This document shows positions 52,901 through 61,900 of a DNA stretch of 64,000 nt, piece after piece. The position numbers and the translations under genes are program-made. Location of the stretch: positions 103,974,001 through 104,038,000 of the forward strand of contig OZ241826.1 in the NCBI GenBank assembly GCA_965202585.1, in the 5' to 3' direction. The DNA is from Thalia democratica. Its lineage: Eukaryota. Below the pieces are notes generated by a model. It was not told the origin of the DNA. It saw only the letters and a list, made by a program, of their open reading frames with translations, and did no database searches. Each line of letters starts with the position of its first letter. The first letter of the stretch is position 1.

Positions 52901-55900
52901 GTTTCCTTCTTTTAAATAGCTTGTGTCAAACTTATGTGTTTATTAGCACGGTTATAATAAAATAGTAAGTTATGACTTTATTTTATACTGTATAGTTTAT
53001 ATGATACTTGTCCTTTAAAAAAATATTTTTCTTAATGAAGAATTTAAATGTTTTTCACTTAAATAAAACATTAAAGAGTTAAAGAGAGACCAAAAAAATG
53101 TTAAGCATGTTGACAACGATATGTTGAAACAATAACATTTTAGCCAAAATTATGGACTCACAGCTAGTATATAATAAACTCGAAAAATTTTATAAAAACA
53201 AAAGTTAAAACAACTACCCACCGGGATATATCAACGGAGGCACGTATTCGGGGAATGGGGGCTGCGTGGGTTGGCCGCAAGAGGCGCTGCAACACCGCAC
53301 CCTGGCGCTGTAGTCATGGCAATACAGTCCTTGTTGTATTGGTACATCCAAGTGGAAACACATGAGTGGAAAGAGCGGGTGGCAAATCACATTGTCTTGT
53401 ATCTCGCCTGCATCGCTCTGTTAAATAATTATTAAACATATCAGTTTAAAAAAAATAAATCAAATATTTTTCAGCATAGTTTACATAGTACATTTTTACA
53501 TAATTTTTGTATTAAAGAACTAATCTAGCAATCGACTAATTTAGAAGTTTAACTTAGTTGGATCTACTAGGTATAAAAAACGAATAGAACTATAAAATTT
53601 TCAAATTATGTGATTTTTTTTTACCTTGCACTCAATGTCAACACCCTGATATCCAATATCGCACATTCCATCATAGTCTATCGTACTGTCCGCCCAATTT
53701 TCAATGTCTCCAATATTTGATCTGGTTGGATGGTCATCGTTTCTGAATTCTGTAGATATGAATGTTTTAAAATATGCAAGTTTCAAACCAAATTAAAGGT
53801 TTACAATATTTTTTGTTTAAATATATAAATAAGTTTGAAATAAGTTGTTTTAAAATATGCAAGTTTTAACCAAAATAGATGTTGAGAAGTTTGTGCTCTA
53901 GAACTTTAAATGCTTTTGATTAAGAAACACAAAACTTGAAATAGATGAATTTAAACAATCATTAGAACTAATTAACATTTAGTTACGATAGTTTTTGTTC
54001 CTTAAAATAACAAAGTTAAGTTTTTGTTATATTTTATATCAATCTAAACTCTAGTTGAATTTACAATATAATTTTTTCAACCATTTAACAAAAAACGGAA
54101 TAAGTAAAACTACTAAGTTATCCTCATATCTTATTACCTGTCCAATAGCAAATACAGTCTTCCTCGGTGTAAGAAGGAGTAACAATTGTTGTTGTTGCTT
54201 TGTATTTCCTGGTTGTTTGTTGGGCTTTCTTTGTTGTTGTACTAACATCCTCGTCTGTTGGTAGAAACAGTATAAATAAAGTTTTATTTTGTTAGCACTT
54301 GAATGACTGAACTTAATTTAAAATTTCAAGAAAATTTTATTCAATACTGATACAGCTAGCTTTCACAATAAGTTAATGTAGTTTAACAACGTATTAACAA
54401 AACTATTTATCACTAGCTCTAACACTCTGTAGCTTTACTTAGTAAACTCTGTATACTTAGTTTCGAAATAAATTTTTTAAACGGTGTTTTTTAATTTTAC
54501 ATTATAGAACTCCTAACCTGGCCTCCACTTATCAACAATATCGTCGGTGACGTTCTTGTTATTCAGCTGCTCGTAGTTTTTCACAATCGTACAGTTTTCA
54601 GTTATTTTCTCCATGGAAGCAACGTCTGCAGCCTTGATGCCTATGCATGCTGTCTTGACTCCGCAAATGTGGTGCGATCTCACGAGGTCAAGTTCCTCTA
54701 CAGCCAGTGATAAGTCGTCCTGTTAACAATTATTTAATTTGTAAACAGATTTGTTTTGAAAACATATCAATAATAAATCTATTTTTGGCTTTTGAAATAA
54801 AAATTTTCTAAAGCTTATAATTATAAATTTAATTTTATCAACTAATATACGTCATAGTTCAACTTATACAGCTCTAGCTTTGAAAATGCAATAAAAAATC
54901 AGAAAATTGTATGTGTATAAATATAAATACTGCCATTAAACAACCTTAGGACGAGCATCAGAAACGAGATAGAAGTTCCACTTAGACTGGGGCCTACCGT
55001 ACTTCCTCATCATTTTGACCGCGTGCACCAGAGACTTTGATGTTTTCAGAACTTGCGCGGGAACCGGACTCAGATTCCTGATTTCTTCAATAAGCTCGTC
55101 CAGTTCTGAAATGTCGAAAACTTCTGATTCGGTGAGAGGGTTAGAACCGAACGGAATGATTGATACCTGTTCATAACAATAGTTTTTTGATAATAAGAAA
55201 CATTTAACTTGCAAAATCATAACTAAAATTTTCTCAGTTATTTCAGAACATAATAATAATTTAGTTTTTTTTGTTTTCAAACACAAAACTTTTATAATTT
55301 TATTTGTCTGTCAAAGTATAAAACTTTTATTTATCATTAAAGATAGCAGTTAAAGGTCTCAAGGTATTAATATAGAAAGAAGTCTAACTTCCAATACTTT
55401 AGGACTTTGTTTTAAAACGGTTTTTTATAAAGCAAAAAAACAGTTAAAAATAAAACCTCATTCAAATAGAATTAAGTTAAGTTTCACTTTGTTTAAGTAT
55501 ACTAAATCGTACAACTTTTATCATAAACAAACTTTATTTCCGTCACCGGCCAGATTAGTCCTCCTGACAACTTCGACCAAGGCCAGTTTGAGTTGGTCCA
55601 AATTTTTATCGCTGATACCAGCAACGTCCACTATCACCATGGAATCCGAAATACGCGGGTCGCAGGTTGGTTGTTGGGGCAATGTCGTCTCGAGTTTTGG
55701 TGACGTCATCACTTTAACAGTTGTCGTCACAATCGGTTTTATTGTGCTGGTTGTTGTGACAACTGGTGTGGTCTTCTCAGATGTTGTTGTGGTCTTTGGT
55801 TTCGTTTCGGGTTCAGGTTTAGGAGTTGTCGTGGCAACAAACTTTGTTGTGGATGTCGTCTTAGCAACGGAACTTGTTTTCGGTTCTGTTTCAGGTTCAG

Positions 55901-58900
55901 GTGTCGAAGTTGTTGTTTGAATAACTTCTGGTGTTGTGGACACTGAAAATATACATTTACTTAACAAAGTAATAAAAGAAACTTCTATAAATGATATACT
56001 GTGTTATCAAATTTTAGAACTTTTTATACACCTAAAGCCTTTAAAGACTATAATTGCTTTAACTCAGCTAATTCAAAAATTTATAATTTTAAATTTAAAA
56101 ATAAGTAATCATTTTAACCTGATTTAAGTACATTTAAGTTGAATTTTTTTATATAAAAAATTTTACACAAAACTCACGCTGTCTCGTAGTAGTCGGAGTG
56201 ACTGCTAATTCACACAACTTCCTCGTAACGTCATCCGCCGACTGTGACGTAATTTCGGTGACGTGGAATGCCGGGATGTTGTTGTAAGCCAGGTTAGTTA
56301 TGACGTCATTTATAGCTTGGTCGTTGTCGCTTGGTGTCTCCTGGTGTATGAGGAGAATCGCCTTCGGTATTTGCTTGCGAGTCTTCGATGTTAACAGGAG
56401 GACGTCTGTAGCATTTTGATTACATTTATTAAATTTGTATTATTTTAATTATATTTTTTTGAAATGTTAGAAGAGCATACTTTGTTTTTAGTTATATTTA
56501 AATTAATCTTTTCAGTTTTTAGTTTTTAAACGTTTAAATTAAGGTAACACCAACATGAAGCATGGTTTGAACATAATAGAAATGTTTAAAGATGTTACGA
56601 ATTTTTGTATAAAACCTACAAACCTGATACAAAGTCTAAAGCAGGATGCAATAGGAACATTCCATCTTCGGAAGTGGTGAGAGTTGGTAGTTGATCCAAA
56701 TTTTTACGGGCTTCCACTGCTGTTGGACTGTCCATGAAATCCAACCACAAACGAGGGGTGGCGCTGTATGTTGTCAGGGAGAAACGCGTCTTACTTGCCT
56801 GTGAGTAGTTTAATTATTCAAGTAAAAAATAACGAACTATTTATATGTGGTACAAAGGTATCTAATGTTTAAAATTTCTCAACTATCAAAAAACATTTTA
56901 AACTAAAAAAAAGAATCATTCCAGAGTAGAGAATATTTATTTCTAGTTTAATATTTCATAAAGCGTTTTTCCTACAAATCAACCAACGTACCCCGATGTC
57001 CATTGATAGCACGACTTCCTTCAAATAAGCGACCACTTTCTCCTTCAGGTACATGTCACCTAGCAACCTGCTGTCCACCAGCACCGCAACGTCCATGGCA
57101 ACCGAGCACGTGACCTCGTCCACGTGTTTGAAGGGCGGCAGCTCGGTTGGGGGTAAAGTCGGTTGGGGTTCTGGGGACGGGGGGTAGCCCGCGTTCTGGC
57201 ACAAGTCGTTCCAGATGATTGAGGCGAACTGACGCGTGTAATATTGCAAGGATGCAACACTGTTTGTTTTTTTTTTTCGTTTTTTCACCGGATTTATATT
57301 TTTCAAAAATACTGAAACTTTAATTTTAATTGATGTATAACAATAGTTTTTTAAAGACATAACTTGCTTTATTTTGAATTAAACTTGTCTAAAATATTTC
57401 TTATTATTTTACAACATAATTCTAAAACAGGTTTTATTAGGAAGTCATTCGTACAAAAACTATTGAATACTTACTTTTTGTACTTAATTTTGTAGTCGAA
57501 GTTGGTGAGTTGGTCGTTACTCAAGGTGGCGCTGTTTTCCGTGACAACGCTGGTGAACAACACCTCGTTGTCATGCAAATTCCTTAGCGACGCCTTATTG
57601 AGTAACACTTTGCCCCTTCTGATCGTCACAAACGTCAGAAGTTTCTTCACATCTTTACCGCTTCTTCCAAACTTATCGAAAATCCTGATCGCTCTTTCGG
57701 CTCCGACTTTGTACGAGAGTCCCTTGGAAGCGGTTGAAAGTTTGAAATTATTAACTTGGGTCTTCAAAGCTTCCCTGTCTCCTTGGAAACCGCGGTACAG
57801 GTTTGACACTTTGCCCCCGAACTTGACAACCGCCACTCTCGTTTGATCGTCGCCGAATGAAACAAGAGAAGAGAATTTCTTTATAAACTTTTTGAGAGAG
57901 GCCAAATTGCGGGGTTTGTGGAAGAAAAGATCGTCAACCGCTAGTATTAATTCAACTTTGCAATCCATCCTGGGAGCTGGTACCGTGGGTTGTGGTACGA
58001 ATTTGGTGCTTTCCTCGTACGGCTCAGCAACGTCACAGAACAACTCTAATAACTCGTACTCCAACGTGAGAAGGTCGTAGAGTCTCGTAACAGGGATTTT
58101 CCCGTTCACATCAGTGGAAAGATACTTTCCTTTGGGGAATTTTATTCCGCCGATGAAAAACGTGAACACCTTGACGTTCATCTTTTGCGCGTACCTCATC
58201 GCGGACTCGAGATCGTCCATGCTGTTTCTGCCCACCATCAACAAAATGTACTGCAGAGACACTTTCTTATTAGCAAGATCGTTGATCGTGTTGTTGAGGG
58301 CCAACCCCGCGTTCGATGGGTTGAAGGTTATTCCCTGGTGTTGCATCTTATCGAGTATCTCTACAGTCTCTGCCATCCCTATGAAGTCTTTGGACTCGAC
58401 GTTGAACTCCATGTGCGAGTTTGCTCCGTAAGCGTACCCCATGAACCTGTTTGCTCTGGCGTAGATGCTTCCCGCTCCTATCAGCTTCATTACCTGTTAC
58501 AACCAAATACCAGGTTAAAATTTTGCTTCTTACAAGACTAATTAAGGTTTTGTAAATTAAATAGTTAGAGCAGAAGTGTTTTACAAGTTGTTAGATTGAA
58601 AGTACAAGAATATTCTAAGTATAAGTTTTTTTTGTTATTATTGTATATCCATAAGCTTGCACTCCTATATAATTCAAACATATGCTTAATTTTATAGTAG
58701 TACAATAATTAATGTGTGAACATATATTACCTGCTTGATGAAATGAGTTACTTTTCTTCCGTCGCGGCTCGGACTAAACAATGACACGTCATAAAGGAAC
58801 GTGACGTCACCAGCAGGACATACAACCGACTTGGGTATTTCCACGGGCGGAGGTGGTTCGTACGGGGCGCACGAAATGCCTGCCAACGATACCACTGCGT

Positions 58901-61900
58901 CCTGCAGGAAGTTCTCCTTGGTAACGGGGATTTCCACGTAACCGTCGTCGAGGTTGTAGGACGGGAGAAAGTATTCCTGCTCGACCACCATCGAGATTAT
59001 TCGGATTCCCTTCTCGATGTATTCTCTCCTGACTGCTTCAATGCCTGATGAGTTACCGGCTCTGAGTGATATTAGGACTATGACTTTTCTGGAATCTGTA
59101 GATTCGGTGAAGAAATTAACAGTTTCTGATAGAACATCAGAGACTGGGAACAATTCGCTATTTCCATCATCCAGGTTGACTGTGTTGTACTGGCTACCGA
59201 GATTGATGTTCGCGTTTCCAACCAAAACGACAGGTCTCGTTGTTTTGAAACCAAACTTAACTGCTGCTTTCTTGAAAAAGTTCTTTGTGACGCTTCTAAA
59301 TTTACCCTTGTTGAATAGCGAGCTATCAACTGCAAAAGCCACCTCCATCTTTGCTTCACATATGCTCTCTGTTATTGGTCGTTTTGGAGCGCTGCAGACG
59401 TAATCGAGTATTCTGTTTGTTGATTTATATACTTTCTTTGGTAATGAGTCGCCTTCAAACTGTATGCTCTTCAACATTTTTCTTGAACTGGAAAGAAGCT
59501 GGTCGCTGTTTGGTGACACAATAACTGAAGTGTATTTGTTCAACTCAAAGTCGTCTAAAGCTTCAAAAGTTTCAGGGTTTTCATCAACCGGTCTGCCTGT
59601 CACCGCAACGAATACTTTAGAAGCGGAAGTCAGCCTTCTGGGGAACATTGGTTCTCTGTTCATAAACTCCAAAGTGGAGCCGAAATTAACATTTTCAGAT
59701 ATTTGTTGGATATTTTTCAAATCAACCTCCTTGGCTCTTCTCTTCTCCTCCCAAAGAACGTCCTCAAGGGCGAGATCGGGTGAGGATAAGTAAACTCTCG
59801 GTTCATCAACGTCGGAGTGGAAGACGATTACCAGCCTTACCTTTTTACCATCAACCTTGAGCGCTCTAGTCAGCTGCAATGTGAGATCAGCAACTGAGCT
59901 TGTGGATTTCAACACAAACGAGCTCCTGTCGATCAACAACACGATGTCAGATTCAACGTGACCCTCGCACTTCAATACAACAGATGGAGCGTGGATCGGC
60001 AGGTCGTCGCAAACAGTCCTGACTACCTTGTAACCGGCGTCAGGTAGCTCGCTCCTGCCCAAGACAGGTATGTACAACTCAGGGTTGGAAGAAAGGGTTC
60101 TGGCGGTGAAACCAGCGGATTTCTCGTCGTCCGCGAACACGGTGACGTGCACGTCGTTTTCGTACAACCGCTTGATGACGCCGTTGCTCACTTTTTGCAG
60201 TTTTCGTTGAGTTAGTAGCTGTTAAGAAAAAACATTTATTTTATATTAATAGGTGCAACTGCCACCTCATAAGTATGGCAAAATATAGTTATCAAAAAAA
60301 GTTTTTTTTTTATGAAAAATTCTAAAAATCTTGAAATCTTCATAAGCGACCAAAGATATAATTTCAAAATAGAAATTTTAACTTACAACAATGCCCTTCA
60401 CATTTGATGAGTCGTAGTTAAAGTTGTTTAATAAGCTATTCATTGATGTCTCAATATCAAGCTCATTAGTCATTTGCAATGCTGCAGTAGTGTAGTCGTT
60501 TACGTTGGAATTTAAATTGTCTACTAATTGATCTACATTATTTCCTGGTACTTGATCTAAGTTTCCGTCCAAAGTTATTCCGAATAACTTGAGCTGAAAA
60601 AAACAAAGTTTTTATAAAGTTTATTTGTTGTTTCTCTATATAAAAACTAAAGTTATAAAGTTTTCCGATAATACAAAGTTTAGAAAAACTTATATAGATA
60701 ATGTTTTAAAAAAATTTAAACTGTTGTTTTAGCAGAACACTAAAAATGTTTTAAAACTACAATTATGCAATAAAATAATAAACTAAGACGTGTTTACCTG
60801 AATAGCGGAACTAGATATTTCGAGACCTTGCAACGCATTCATCAAAAACAAGTTGATTGCTTCAGTTGTGACTTCAACAGGATTATAGTTATAAAAAGCT
60901 AAGTCAATTGCAATTAATAGTTGCGATGAAACATCACATAAAGGAATTGGTGTTGTTACTGGCAAAGTAAATTCAAGTAGCTCAGTTGTTGTTGTAATTT
61001 CAGGTTCAACAGTTACAGTTGTTGTTGTAACACCTGGTTCAACCTTCTCAGTTGTTGTAGTAACTCCTGGTTCGACCTTTTCAGTTGTAGTAGTAACGCC
61101 TGGTTCAACCTTTTCAGTGGTTGTAGTAACTTCTGGTATAACCTTTTCAGTTGTAGTAGTAACGCCTGGTTCAACCTTTTCAGTTGTTGTAGTAACTTCT
61201 GGTATAACCTTTTCAGTTGTTGTAGTAACTCCTGGTTCAACCTTTTCAGTTGTTGTGGTAACACCTGGTTCGACCTTTTCAGTTGTTGTGGTAACACCTG
61301 GTTCGACCTTTTCAGTTGTTGTGGTAACACCTGGTTCGACCTTTTCAGTTGTTGTAGTAACACCTGGTACAACCTTTTCAGTTGTTGTAGTAACTCCTGG
61401 TTCAACCTTTTCTGTTGTTGTAATAACTTCTGGTTCAACCTTTTCTGTTGTTGTAGTAACTTCTGGTATAACCTTTTCAGTTGTTGTGGTAACTCCTTGC
61501 ACAGTCTTTTCAGTCGTTGTTGTAACACCTGGTACAACCTTTTCAGTTGTTGTAGTTACACCTGGTTCAATCTTTTCAGTTGTTGTAGTAACACCTGGTT
61601 CGATCTTTTTAGTTGTTGTAGTAACACCTGGTTCAACCTTTTCAGTTGTTGTGGTAACTCCTGGTGTAGCTTCTGGCACAGTTTTTTCGGTTGTTGTAGT
61701 AACCCCTGGTTCAACCTTTTCAGTCGTTGTAGTTACACCTGGTTCAACCTTTTCAGTTGTTGTAGTTACTTCTGGTTCAACCTTTTCAGTTGTTGTAGTA
61801 ACTCCTGGTTCTACCTTTTCAGTTGTTGTAGTAACACCTGGTTCAACCTTTTCAGTTGTTGTGGTAACACCTGGTTCAACCTTTTCAGTTGTTGTGGTAA

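Noticed and set aside
56624-56631. Donor GTATCA at 56630 for the mucin exon starting at 56798
   Set aside because: It gives a stop in the next exon; the GTTTGT donor 7 nt later restores the frame (ALDFVSDVLL).
57502-59793. Plus-strand ORFs opposite large VWA exons
   Set aside because: Antisense shadows with no independent start or splice context.
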